Source of the DNA: Squalus acanthias
Lineage: Eukaryota
Assembly (NCBI GenBank): GCA_030390025.1
Contig: CM059432.1
Span: 149,980,001 to 150,044,000 of the forward strand
DNA length: 64,000 bases
Direction of reading: 5' to 3'
Both the position numbers and the translations under genes were made by a program. The notes under the pieces were generated by a model. The model searched no databases and had not been told where the DNA came from. It saw only the letters and a list, made by a program, of their open reading frames with translations. This document shows positions 1-11,565 of the stretch, in pieces. Numbering within the stretch: the first letter of the stretch is position 1; the number at the start of each line of letters is the position of its first letter.

Positions 1-131
1 CTCTGTGCCCATCTCTTGTGCCTCTCCATCGTAGCCCAGCTGGGTGGGACTGCACTCGCCTGGTTCCATTCTTATCTATCTAATCGTAGTCAGGGATTCA
101 CCTGCAATGGCTTCTCTTCCCGCTCCCGCAC
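1..131 (+). mobile_element. L2-clade LINE reverse transcriptase fragment
   Basis: Translates to LGGTALAWFHSYLSNRSQGFTCNGFSSRSR, nearly the same as the L2 copy at 54879-55520 (LGGTALAWIRSYLSNRNQRITCNGFSSRSR). Confidence 0.75.
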
Positions 132-207
132 AGTGTACACTTTCTTTTAAAGGAAAGGTGGATTTTGCAAGGCCTCATTCCTGGTTACTGGAGCATGTAC
201 CATATAT

Positions 208-923
208 CTTCTTCTTCTTCTTAGGCAGTCCCTCGGAACCGAGGATGACTTGCTTCCACATTAAAAATGAGTTCGCAGGTGACTGATGAGTCCAATGCGG
301 GACCTACAGTCTCTGTCACAGGTGGGGCAGACGGTGGTTGAAGGGGCGGGTGGGTGGGGTGCTTGGGTTGACGTGCGCTCCTTCCGCTGTTTGCGCTTGG
401 CTTCCGCTTGCTCCCGGCGAAGAGACTCGAGGTGTTCGGCACCTTCCCGGATGCTTCTCCTCCACTTTGTGCAGTCTTGGGCCAGGGATTCCCAGGTGTC
501 GGTGGGGATGTTACACTTTTTCAAGGAGGCTTTGAGGGTGTCCTTGAAGCGTTTCCTCTGCCCACCTGGGGCTCTCTTGCCGTGCCGGAGCTCCAAGTAG
601 AGTGCTTGTTTTGGGAGTCTCGTATCGGGCATGCGGACAATGTGACCCGTCCATCGGAGCTGATCAAGCGTGGTCAAAGCTTCGATGCTGGGGATGTTGG
701 CCTGAGCAAGAACACTGACGTTGGTGCGCCTATCCTGCCGATGGATTTGCAGGATCTTGCAGAGGCAGCGTTGGTGGTACCTCTCCAGTGCTTTGAGGTG
801 CCTGCTGTACATGGTCCATGTCTCTGAGGCATACAGCAGGGCGGGTATCACTGCTGCTCTGTAGACCATGAGCTTAGTGCCGGGTTTGAGGTCCTGGTCT
901 TCAAACACTCTCTTCCTCAGGCG
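208..923 (-). mobile_element. 5'-truncated RTE-clade LINE (C-terminal end of ORF, GAA tail)
   Basis: ORF 261-908 has RTE motifs (LLYASETW, QLRWTGHIVRM..RLPKQ, GGQRKRFKD, terminal C2H2 CPTC..HLRTH); (GAA)n tail at 208-222; direct repeat ACCATATAT at 199-207 and 924-932 (TSD). Confidence 0.9.
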
Positions 924-1849
924 ACCATATATACACTGCTCACAACTTCCCGGTTATTGATACTACTGACTGGAAAATCGAGAGCACCCTGACTTGTAGT
1001 GTTCGCCTCCATGTGCCAAATTGCTCGGTCTGCACTCCTGTTGAGTCTCAGCAGTTTCGTCGATGTAGGACAAATTACCACATATGAAATTTTACAAGTG
1101 CCAAAGGGCATTTTCAATAGAAATTGTCTGTTTTGTAATAATAGCAATTTAAAATAGGGAGCAAGACCTAACACCTGGATAAGGTGTTATCCTTCTATTA
1201 TCACTTCTATTATTAGACCTAGATAATTAAAACCTGATTAAAATCAGATGTCTTTACATATTTTCTAATCACCAGATCTGCCATTATATCTATGGAGAGT
1301 TCCATTTGTAGAATCTATTTCACCCAATAGATCCGAAGCGGTAGACATCAGTCTCAGTACAGTTTTTTTTTAATTTATGATGCTGCACTTTACAGATTGA
1401 TTTATCCCTGTACACAATATGAAATGTGACACACACAAAGATAACGGGAGCTTTGCCCCTCAAACAGACACTCCTTATATCTACATTTACTTTCATCAAC
1501 AGTTTATGACCCCAATAAGCTCTTTTCCTTTTTTCTTCAAAATTGGTTTGTTAAAGTTGATAAGCAGCCTTGCAGACTCAGGTACAAAGGGGAGAGTCCT
1601 TGTACTGTTGCTGGCAGTGCAGGGAATTAAGAGAGAACAGTGGACTTAGAGAATAATGTACTGGGAGCGTACAATGTGCTAGACAGCTGCAAAGGAGTGA
1701 AAGAGTACAGGGGCCAGGGAGACTGCAATGAACTGAGAGATTACATTTATTCAGAGGATAGAGTGTACTGAGAGGATGGAGTGGGTTGGGAGGGTGCACT
1801 GGCGTGGGAGGATAGAGTGGGATGATGGGATATAGTAGGCTGGTAGAGT

Positions 1850-2572
1850 TCAGTGGGCTGGGAGTGTTCAGTGGGCTGGGAGTGTTTGATGGGCTGGGAG
1901 AGTTCAGTGGGCTGGGAGAGTTCAGTGGGCTGGGGGAGTTCAGTGGGCTGGGAGTGTTCAGAGGGCTGGGAGTGTTCAGTAGGCTGGGAGTGTTCAGTGG
2001 GCTGGGAGAGTTCAGTGGGCTGGGAGTGTTCGGTGGGCTGGGAGAGTTCAGTGGGCTGGGAGTGTTCAGTAGGCTGGGAGTGTTCAGTGGGCTGGGGGAG
2101 TTCAGTGGGCTGGGAGTGTTTGATGGGCTGGGAGTGTTCAGAGGGCTGGGAGTGTTCAGTGGGCTGGGAGTGTTCAGTGGGCTGGGAGTGTTCAGTGGGC
2201 TGGGAGAGTTCAGTGGGCTGGGAGAGTTCAGTGGGCTGGGAGTGTTCAGCGGGCTGGGAGTGTTCAGAGGGCTGGGAGTGTTCAGTGGGCTGGGGGAGTT
2301 CAGTGGGGTGGGAGTGTTTGATGGGCTGGGGGAGTTCAGTGGGCTGGGAGTGTTCGGTGGGCTGGGAGAGTTTGATGGGCTGGGAGAGTTCAGAGGGCTG
2401 GGAGTGTTCAGTGGGCTGGGGGAGTTCAGTGGGGTGGGAGTGTTTGATGGGCTGGGAGAGTTTGATTGGCTGGGAGTGTTTGATGGGCTGGGAGAGTTCA
2501 GTGGGGTCGGAGTGTATGATGGGCTGGGAGAGTTCAGTGGGCTGGGAGTGTTCGGTGGGCTGGGAGAGTTCA
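1850..2572. repeat. 18-bp minisatellite (GGGCTGGGAGTGTTCAGT)n, about 40 copies
   Basis: Direct inspection; explains the repetitive ORFs 1578-2606, 1822-2583 and 1853-2599. Confidence 0.95.
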
Positions 2573-2629
2573 ACGTATTATAAGAGTACCATAAATTGAG
2601 GTACAATATGGTGGGAGATCAATTAATAA

Positions 2630-2801
2630 TTTTAAATCTGAGATAGAAAGACTTTCGCTAGCCAAGGGTATTAAGAGATATGGAGCCAAGGCGGGTGGAT
2701 AGATTTAGGATATAGATCAGCCATGATCTCATTGAATGGTGGAACAGGCTTGAGGACCTGAATGGTTGGCTCCTGTTCCTGTGTTTCTCTATTCCTATGT
2801 T
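2630..2801 (+). mobile_element. CR1 LINE 3' end fragment
   Basis: GATCAGCCATGATCTCATTGAATGGTGGAACAGGCTTGAGG...CTCCTGTTCCT matches the CR1 3'UTRs at 16576-16680 and 31691-31790 (opposite strand). Confidence 0.8.
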
Positions 2802-3177
2802 TATATTCAAACCATGAGACTATTTTTAATTCCATGTACCTCAATTTGAATTAGCAATAGATTGGCCTACCTCCTCTCTTAACACTTTTTTACTCTCTAT
2901 TACACTTGATAGCATTCGAGGATTTATTTTTTATTCTTCCTTGCTATAATCTTGGTTTCCTTTTGATCCTTTCTATAACGCTCCCAGTCCACGTTCTTGT
3001 GACAATTCTTTGCCCTTTACATCACTCTTCTTCTGTTGGTTATTATGGGTTCTACCCATTCCCCGAGACCATGGTTGCATCTTCCAGAGCTACCCCTTTT
3101 CTTTTAGGTGGATTTGTGCTATTTTATTTGTTACGCGGCCAGCACTGATATAAAGGCACCTTGTTTGGTTGAATGTC

Positions 3178-3568
3178 AGTTGTGGATCAATGGTAGCACT
3201 TTCACCTTGGAGTCAAAAGTTGTGGGTTCAATTTCCACTCAGGAGACTTGAGCACAAAATCTAGGCAGACACTCTAATACAGTACTGAAAGAGTGCTACA
3301 CTGTTGGAGGTGCTGTCTTTCTGATGATATGTTAAACCAAGGTCCCGTCTGCCCTCTCATGTGGACATAAAAGGTCCCATGGATCTATTCGAAGAAGAGC
3401 AAGGGAGCTCTACTGGTGTCCTGACCAACATTTATCCCTCAACCAACACCTAAAACAGATTATCTAGTCATTATCTCATTGTTGTTTATGGCACCTTGCT
3501 GTCCACTAAATGTTTTTCCATGTTTCCTACACTACAACAGTGACTACACTTTAAAAGTACTTAATTGG
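3178..3568 (+). mobile_element. tRNA-derived SINE with Deu-like central domain
   Basis: A-box/B-box-like head (TGGATCAATGGTAG...GGGTTCAATT) and core GGAGGTGCTGTCTTTCTGATGATATGTTAAACCAAGG...CCCATGG...GAAGAAGAGCAAGGGAG; homologous to 33297-33768 and 59518-59900. Confidence 0.8.
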
Positions 3569-4495
3569 CCCAACCATCTTCAGCTGCTTCATCAATGACC
3601 TTCCCTCCATCATAAGGTCAGAAGTGGGGATATTCGCTGATGACTGTGCAGTGTTCAGTGCCATTTGCAACTCCTCAGATAATGAAGAAGTCCATGCCCG
3701 CATGCAGCAAGACTTGGACGACGTTCAGGCTTGGGCTGATAAGTAGCAGGTAACATTCGTGCCACACAAATGCCAGGCAATGACTATCTCCAACAAGAGA
3801 GCATCTAACCACCGCCCCTTGACATTCAACGACATTACCATTGCCGAATCCCTCACCATCAATATCCTGGGGGTCAACATTGACCAGAAATTTAACTGGA
3901 CCAGCCACATAAATATTGTGGCAACAAGAGCAGGTCAGAGGCTGGGTATTCTGCGGCGAGTGTCTCACCTCCTGACTCCCCAAAGCCTTTCCACCATCTA
4001 CAAGGCACAAGTCAGGAGTGGAATGGAATACTCTCCACTTGCCTGGATGAGTACAGCTCCAACAACACTCTAGAAGCTCGACACCATCCAAGACTAAACA
4101 GCCCGCTTGATTGGCACCCCATCCAATACATTAAAAATTCACTATGGCTGCAATGTGTACCATCTACAAGGGAAACTGCAGCAACTCGCCAAGGCTTCTT
4201 CGGCAGCACCTCCCAAACCCACAACCTCTACCACCTAGAAGGACAAGGGCAGCAGGCACATGGGAATACCGCCACCTCCAAGTTCCCCTCCAAGTCACAC
4301 ACCATCCTGACTTGGAAGTATGTTGCCGTTCCTTCATTGTCGCTGGGTCAAAATCCTGGTACTCCCTCCCTAACAGCACTGTGGGAGTACCTTCACCACA
4401 CGGGCTGCAGCGGTTCAAGAAGGCGGCTCACCACCACCTTCTCAAGGGCAATTAGGGATGGGCAATAAATGCTGGCCTTGCCAGCGATGCCACAG
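3566..4495 (+). mobile_element. 3' part of a CR1/Jockey-group LINE (RT core to 3' end), degenerate
   Basis: GPTIFSCFINDL...IFADD, then ILGVNIDQKFNWTSHI and TIYKAQVRSGMEY; in-frame stops; 3'UTR GGGCAATAAATGCTGGCCTTGCCAGCGATGCC. Exact clade not resolved. Confidence 0.8.
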
Positions 4496-5667
4496 GAACC
4501 CTGAAGTGAAAAATCCCAACCCCACTGTCTGACTTGGAGACAAACAGAGAGGTATTAATGGGGCCATTGGATTATTAGTAGTAAAGCTAGTTTAATGAAC
4601 GCTGTGTAGAACCTGTTTCGTTAATGAATCAAAAAAAATGAGCTGAGCACAACTCAACTGTATTGAAACCAACCCAATCAAACTGTAGCTCCCAAAATCA
4701 TTGAAAACTTCTCAGAATTAACCCTGACTTTCTGACAATCTAATAGTCAAGGTTAATATTGAGATAAATATGTAAGTAGGCTACATGTACTTCTGTTGTG
4801 TAAAATGTTCTGACGACCATTTTCCCGTCAGCACCAACTCCATGACCTTTAAGTCAAATATGCTTGGTTCTAATGCATGTTAACTTCTCTTCTTCCCAAC
4901 TGTGATTCATTCACTTTTTTTATTAGCAAAATCACACTGCTGTCCCTGTTCTGATTGAAAACTAGGTTGTTACACTGGGGATGACGGCAGGTTGTCTTCA
5001 TGGCCCACAGTAGTGTTAAGTAAATGGTGAATTATTTTTAGTCCAATGATATGGACCAAGGTCACACATATTCAGATCATTTATTCAGAGAAAGACTTTT
5101 TCAAAATTAATAAGCTTGTGGAAACTTATGCTGAAGTAAACACTTGTAGCTCTAGCCAATGCAATGTATTGATTGGATAGTACAAGAGGGAGTAACCGTT
5201 GAACAATAAAATAGTAATTAGGGTCTACAGAGGTATTGAGGGAGCTCTGTATTGTCAGAAGGGACAAGACATTAAACCGAAACCCCAACTAACCGTTCAT
5301 GAGGACATAAAAACTCCCGTGGCACTATTTGAAGAGCAGGAAGTTCTCCTGGTTCTCCTGGTGCCTTGGGCACTAATGATATCACTGAAGCTCGATCTTC
5401 CTATGTAAAGAAGGACCCCGCCAGTCTCCGGTAGGCGCCTTTATCGCCTGCTCAGAAGAGCAGGTTAAATTGAAGACTGTGGGAAGGGAGCGGAGCATCA
5501 GCGGGTAAGCCTCCTAGTTGATTTTAACTGTACACCTGTCCAGCGTCTGCCAGACGGACAAGGCCAAAATTGCCCCTATTAACTGCTCATTCATTTCATT
5601 ACTGTTTCTGGGACCTTGCTATGTGAAAATTGGATGCTGTGTTTGGCCACAGGACAGCAGTGACTGC

Positions 5668-6453
5668 AGGCGCGATCTTGCCAGCCCTGGGGAGGCGGGT
5701 ATGGAGGCGGGACTGCCGGGAAAATGGCAGAATTTGGGGGCGGGTGCTCAACCCACCCCCAACCCGCCTCCGTGCCATCTTCCGAGGAGGCAGATAGCTG
5801 TCCCATGCCGGGTAGTTAACAGGCAGAAAATAGGATTATCCCCCTTTTGCCCTCACAAGTGCGGGCTTCCCGAAGGCTCCGAAACCCGCCAGCTCAGCGA
5901 GGCGAGTAGTGGGTCTGCGGGGGTCGGGGTGCAAAAGTGCGCTGCGGAGGTGAGTGATGGGTGCAAGTGTGGAGAGGTGAGTATCTGAGGTGAGTGCAAA
6001 GCGTTAGTAAAAGTGTACTTACCTTTGTTTCTTCCTGCAGGCTTCAGTCGGTGGGTATGTGGAGAGTCTCGCACCTCCGCGGTAGAGATGACAGATGGCC
6101 GTTGTGTTCTCCAATGCAACAACCATCTCATTTCTGCAAAAGAAAGAGGTTTGATGAGGTCTTGAATTCAAGAACTCATCAAACTACAGAGAATGTCAGT
6201 GTTTGACAGCTTCACAGAGCTGTCAAACAATGACAATTCATCTGTCAAAAATTTTTGACAGATGAAACGTCATAGGCTGACGTTCTCTGCAATCAGCTTT
6301 CCCTTAATTGGCCTGCTAAGCCCTCTGGGCGGGCTTAACAAGGTCAATCAAGGGAAAATAGCGTGGGTTGGCCAGAAGTTGATGGAGGCGGGACTGAAAC
6401 CCGACTAGTGGGAGTCCCGCCTCCAAAAGCTCCCCATTGGCAAAATCACCCCC
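5668..6453. mobile_element. Harbinger-type MITE inserted into a degenerate SINE
   Basis: Imperfect TIRs AGGCGCGATCTTGCCA / TGGCAAAATCACCCCC, 3-bp TSD TGC (5665-5667, 6454-6456); SINE tail sequence stops at 5667 and resumes at 6457. Confidence 0.7.
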
Positions 6454-8387
6454 TGCATTTCAGAAGTATCTTGTGTAGAGATGTTTCTCAGAGACATGAG
6501 AAGGAGATATACATAAGCAAGTCACTGCTTTTTTTCTATTTATCACAGAGTGGAAGGGCAGTTTAGACAATCGGCCACGGAGGTCCATCTGCCCTACTCA
6601 TGACCCTCCTGATTCTCTGGTTATCAATTTTATTGACTGGAGAATCAGGAGGTCTGCAAATAGGGCATGCTGCCCTCCATGGCCGATTGCCTGAGCTGCC
6701 CTCTTGTCACGCAAGGCCCTGTGGAGGGGGAGCTAATTCGTTACATGAACCCCATCATCATTTCATCTTGTTCAGGGAAGTGAAGCAGTGCCTCATGTCA
6801 GCGCACAATTAATAAAATTAGCTGAGATTTTGAGAGTTCTTTTCTATAAGTGTTTTGGCATTTCAGAGGGGCATCAAGGATGCAGTGATCCTGTGCTGTG
6901 CTGTGCAGCCCAAATGAGGGAGGCATTACTTCCCCTAGATATGCATGTGTAATAAAAAGATGCAGGGGGTGATCTTTGCATCGCTACCACTTCACATGTG
7001 GTTAAAACCACTGGCAGGTAGTTGCGCCAAATTATCACTGCATTGACATCTGTCCAGATGTTTGGGCGGACCTGCATCCTGGTGACCAGAGCTCCCGTCA
7101 GAAACAGGCTGGAGCCTCAACTGCTGTCAGGTAAAGCTGGACGGAGCTTCTGGTGACACTTTGTGGCCGTCGCCTATGTGTTTTGCACCTTTAAAGCTTT
7201 GAACCGTTGTGTACTTGCTGCATTAGGTTCTGCACACGTGTTGCTCACTGCTCCAAAGCCCTACTTCTTTGTATTGCTGATGCTAAATCCAGCTCACCTC
7301 ACCCCCCCTTTACAATGCTGCTGCTGCAGGCTCTTCATATTCAGCTGCCCCGCCAGATTTCCCACCTCCAGGTCAGTGAGCTCCCGAATGGGGAGCATGA
7401 CTCGGCTACAGTGTAGAATTCGCAAATTATCGCGATTTCAAAATAATGAGAAAGAGACATACAGTTTCGTAAAAACAGTTTTATTTCAGCAAAATGCTGT
7501 CATGTTTCAAAACGGACACAAGCAGCCTGTAAAATGGCCGCCGCGCCTCGTGGCAGAAGGTTCCAGATTTTTCAGTAGGCAGACAAGATGGCGTTTCAAT
7601 AAACATTTCAGCAAGATCGGACAGTACTCAGCATATTGATATAAGACAAGACGCGATCGTTTTGCATTTTTAACACCTAAGCAAGAAATATAAGTGCTGG
7701 AATCGGTTTTCCATACACAAACGGGGGCTATTGTACTGGGCAATCAAGGGCCCATCCAAAGACATTGATACGCAAATTCCCCGCGGCTCTACGATGAGAG
7801 AGCCGTTCGCGGGTACTCACAGCAAGAATTCGGAGGCCCCCAAAACCCCTCCAGAGAGACTCCTAGCCGGTTCCACAATGGGAGAAATATTAACGGGTAC
7901 TTAGACAGTTACAAGTATCACCGAAACACATTAACGACAAGAACCACCCCATACAAGAAGTTTGAGCGCCAAAACATGACAAAAGATGAACATTAAGATT
8001 GGGCGGGAGATAAGGAATTACAGTACTATGGGGGAAAAATTCAGTCGCGCCCTGTTTGGGGCGCAAATATCGTCCGGGCGCAAAATTAGCGCTGGGTGCA
8101 AATTATCGCCACTGACTGGAAACTTCACTTTTAACGCCCCGGGAGGTGATTGGAGCGCTAAATCAGGCGCTGCACACCTGTCTTAAGGCGCAAAGGCCGA
8201 GGAGTGAGGCGCTAACTCAGAGCGCGAGCGCAGCGCAGGTGCTGCCAGTTAGCGAGGGAACACAGACACACTGGCGCCGGCCAGTTCTTAAATGGGGGGG
8301 GGCAATCTTGCTCCCCAGCCACACCCTGCTCATTGCAGCCTTGAATCTCGGCCTGGAGAGACCTGTGAATCCATTTTCCAGCCAAGG

Positions 8388-10177
8388 ATGGAAAGGGTGA
8401 GAGAACGAGCTGAGCGCTTCACCGAGCGGGCCTTGGATGCTCTGGTTGGCGCGGTTGAGCGCCGAAGAGCAATACTGTACCCAGAGAGTGGCAGGAGGCC
8501 TTTGCCGCGCGACTACAGAAGAGTGTGGAGGGAGGTGGCTCAGCGTGTCTCCTCCAGGAGCATGGTGCCCAGGACCCATGTCCAATGCCGGAAAAAGTTC
8601 AACGACCTCACTCGGATCATCAGGGTGAGTGGCTTTTTTGCAATACCTCTCCATCCCTCCATCTCAACCTCACTCTATGGCCAGAGGGTCTTAAAACCAC
8701 AATTAACAACACTCATCCAACACCTATGGCCCTTTCATGAAGCACACACACACATTCCATACTTTGCATACAGTAAGGGCTATTCACCTATGGGAGGCAC
8801 ATCAGGCAAGACCATGGCTGTATACAGTAAGGGCTATTCACCTATGGGAGGCACATCAGGCAAGACCATGGCTGTATATTTACTCAGACGCCGTCCTTTT
8901 TCTTGCAGGCCAAGCTGGCGCATAATAGGAGACAGCAGCAACGGACGGGTGGAGGGCGGCCTCAGCTGCAACCCCTCAGCGATCTTGAGGAGCGCGTCCA
9001 CAGGATTGTGGCAAGCCGGGTGATCGGTCCCGTCGCCACTGGGGACGCCGACCCCGTTCTGGACAGCAATGGTAAGGTCATCACCTTTTTGTCCTCTGTC
9101 CTTCCACTTGTCCCTCACAACACCAGCCTTTGACACTTTCAATCCAACTTACTAACTCGTTGCACTTATTCCTCCCTTACTGCCACCCTGTCCTCACGCT
9201 AAAGCCACTCTTGTACCTCCCTGCTTTCAGATGGTGATTCACCAGCTGAGGAGACGGGCCCTGAAGCTGCCAGTGGGAGTGAAGCTGCAGCCGAGGAGGA
9301 AGAGGAAGCCGGAGCATCAGTGCCACCCTCTCCAGAGGAAGCCCATGCCGACACTGGGAACACGCCTTCCCTGGAGGGGAGCAGGGGGGAAGGGTCTGAT
9401 GAGGGTGAAGCTCCAGGACCCAGCGGGCTGCAGCAACGCGATGGGGGTAGGGAAGCTCGGGGGCCTTCTCCCCAGAGGGAGAGTATGCCAGCGAGTCCTG
9501 CTGCACTGGACGCAGAGGAGGAGCAGCTGATCGCGGAAATGAACACCCAGACGGTGGGCATGCACACTGAGCTCATGGCTGCAGTGGGTAGGGTGCCCGA
9601 ATGCATTGAAGCACTGGCAAGGAGTGTGGAGCACTTCGCTGCAGCGCAGGCGGATGCGACACTGAAGCTCAGTGCTGCAATTCAATCTCAGACTGCTCTC
9701 ATGCAGACTCAGATTGAGGTCACGCGAGCACTGTCTGCTGCCATCCTCGCTGGTTCGTTCACATTTCCCCGGGGTTCTCACCACGCCGCAGCAGGCCAGC
9801 AATCTGTGCTCCAGCAGATTGCTCCGGATGCTGAGGTGCTGCCCCGTGGGAGTGCCAGTGTGCCGGTCGAGCAGGGAGTTGCTGTCCTCGCTCAAGATGA
9901 CAGCATTCCTGCTGCCACCACTGTCACTTCTCCACTGCAGTTGCCACCGCCTGTAGGACAGACTGCTGCCGCCCATGCAGAGTTGGTGCAGTCTGCAGCC
10001 GGGCCCTCCAGGCCCAGAACTGGTCGAGGCCGTCCCTCAAGGGCATCTGCATTGTCAGGGCCTGACATTCAGCAGCCTTCCACCAGCCTTGCTGCAGCCA
10101 CTGAGGTCCCATTGCGGAGGAGCAGTCGGGTAAGAAGGGGGGAAGGGCGCACGGGAAGGAGTTCACCCTCGATGTAG
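8388..10177 (+). CDS. Harbinger Myb/SANT-like DNA-binding protein; 3 exons (8388-8624, 8909-9071, 9231-10177), 448 aa
   Basis: Exon 1 RAERFTERALDALV...VWREVA...QCRKKFNDL (Myb/SANT-like trihelix type); GTGAGT..TTGCAG (phase 0) and GTAAGG..TTTCAG (phase 1) introns join in frame (237+163+947 = 1347 nt); exon 2 has the typical RTGGG motif; same intron positions in other copies. Confidence 0.9.
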
Positions 10178-10488
10178 GAGGTGTGACAAAATGCTGGTCA
10201 TTTTTTTATTAAAGGCCGAGGTTCGTGGTCAAACTTTTGTTGAGTGTTTTGCACATGATCTCCAGGTTGTGAGAACCAGTTATGGTAATGACTGTTTTTT
10301 TGTGTTTATTTGTATGAGTTTGTCATGAAGAAATGACACACACAGAGTTTGTAAAATAAATAAGTTTTGGTACTCAAAATATACATGTTTGGTGTTTGGA
10401 ATCATTGGTGCCTTGGCCGGCTTAGGGGTTGCGTGTTGGGTTCATTCATGCTGTTCTCAATGGCAGAAGCCATTTCCACAGCAGGGGC

Positions 10489-11565
10489 CTAGAAGCGGCT
10501 TGCTATCAGCCGCTGACGGACGGCCCTTGCAGTTTCACCATTGTGGGCCGCCCTCACGCCTTGGTGCTGCTGCTGATCATCCTCCTCCTCCTCCTCTTCC
10601 TCCTCCTCCTCTGGTGGTGCTCCAAGGCCTGGTGGCATTGGTTGGGTCCTGAGGATTGCCATGTTATGCAGCATGCAGCACACAACTACGATGTTGGAAA
10701 CTCGCTCAGGCGAGTACTGCAGGGCTCCTCCAGAATGGTCGAGACAGCGGAACCGTTGCTTGAGCACGCCGATTGTGTGCTCCACGATGTTCCTGGTAGC
10801 TTGATGGCTCTCGTTGTACCGCAGCTCAGCAGGGGTGTTGGGCGTACGGAGCGGTGTCATCAGCCAGGTGCTCAGTGGATACCCCTTGTCCCCGAGAAGC
10901 CAACCAACTGGCTGATGCGGTGCCTCGAAAAGTTCTGCCACAGTAGTCTGGCGCAGGATGAAAGCATTGTGGCAGCTGCCAGGATAGTGGGCATTGACAG
11001 CGAGTATCAGCTGTCTGTGGTCACAGACCAACTGAACATTCAAGGAATGGAACCCCTTTCTGTTCCGGAAATCCTCGGCATTCTCATGCGGAGCACGCAA
11101 AGCCACATGCGTGCAGTCAATGGCACCCTGCACCATGGGGAAGCCCGCTACCCTCGCAAAGCCCAAAGCGCGGTCACGCTGCTTGTCTGGGGTCATGGGG
11201 AAAGAGATGAACTCTCGTCTCCTTTTAAAGAGGGCATTTGTGACCTTCCTGATGCAGCAATGCACCGCGAACTGGGAGATATTGGCGATGTCCCCAACAG
11301 CAGATTGAAATGAGCCAGTAGCATAAAAGTTCAGAGCCACTGTGACCTTCACTGCCACCGACAGAGACGTCCTGGACCTCAGTTGAAGCTGCAGATCTGG
11401 CTGCAGCAGGTGGCAGAGCTCAGTGACCACCTCCTTGCTGAAGCGCAGCCTTCGCAGACACTGCTCCTCAGACATATGAATGTAGGAGAGCTGTTCACGA
11501 TATACACTGGGAGGGTAAGCTCTCCTGTACAGACGCCTGTTGGCCCTCCTCCGTCTGGCCATCAT
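10489..11565 (-). CDS. Harbinger (HARBI1-like) DDE transposase, 358 aa from ATG 11565; probably defective
   Basis: LRFSK, ALNFYATGSFQ, GAIDCTH, NRKGFHSLNVQLVCD, YPGSCHN, LLGDKGY, RNIVEHTIGVLKQRF, CCMLHN. The conserved HD reads HN, and the probable original start (ATG 11639, MGAAL) is out of frame by 1 nt. Confidence 0.9.
   Translation of the reverse strand: MMARRRRANRRLYRRAYPPSVYREQLSYIHMSEEQCLRRLRFSKEVVTELCHLLQPDLQLQLRSRTSLSVAVKVTVALNFYATGSFQSAVGDIANISQFAVHCCIRKVTNALFKRRREFISFPMTPDKQRDRALGFARVAGFPMVQGAIDCTHVALRAPHENAEDFRNRKGFHSLNVQLVCDHRQLILAVNAHYPGSCHNAFILRQTTVAELFEAPHQPVGWLLGDKGYPLSTWLMTPLRTPNTPAELRYNESHQATRNIVEHTIGVLKQRFRCLDHSGGALQYSPERVSNIVVVCCMLHNMAILRTQPMPPGLGAPPEEEEEEEEEEDDQQQHQGVRAAHNGETARAVRQRLIASRF

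Noticed and set aside
1578..2606. Long PSPLN / GLGVFS repeat ORFs
   Set aside because: Open on both strands only because the 18-bp unit is a multiple of three and lacks stops; no splice or domain context.
3178..3250. tRNA gene
   Set aside because: A/B-box-like sequence is the head of a SINE and does not form a full cloverleaf.
7058..7130. Possible host exon bounded by CCAG and GTAAAG
   Set aside because: Weak polypyrimidine tract, no recognisable protein in any frame and no partner exons.
8292..9023. 243-aa single-exon reading of the Myb gene
   Set aside because: Runs through intron 1; the splice sites are conserved across copies and the intron translation is not.
10429..11313. 294-aa ORF antisense to the transposase (also 9317-9976 and 37627-38154)
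   Set aside because: Shadow ORFs of coding sequence on the other strand with no recognisable motifs.
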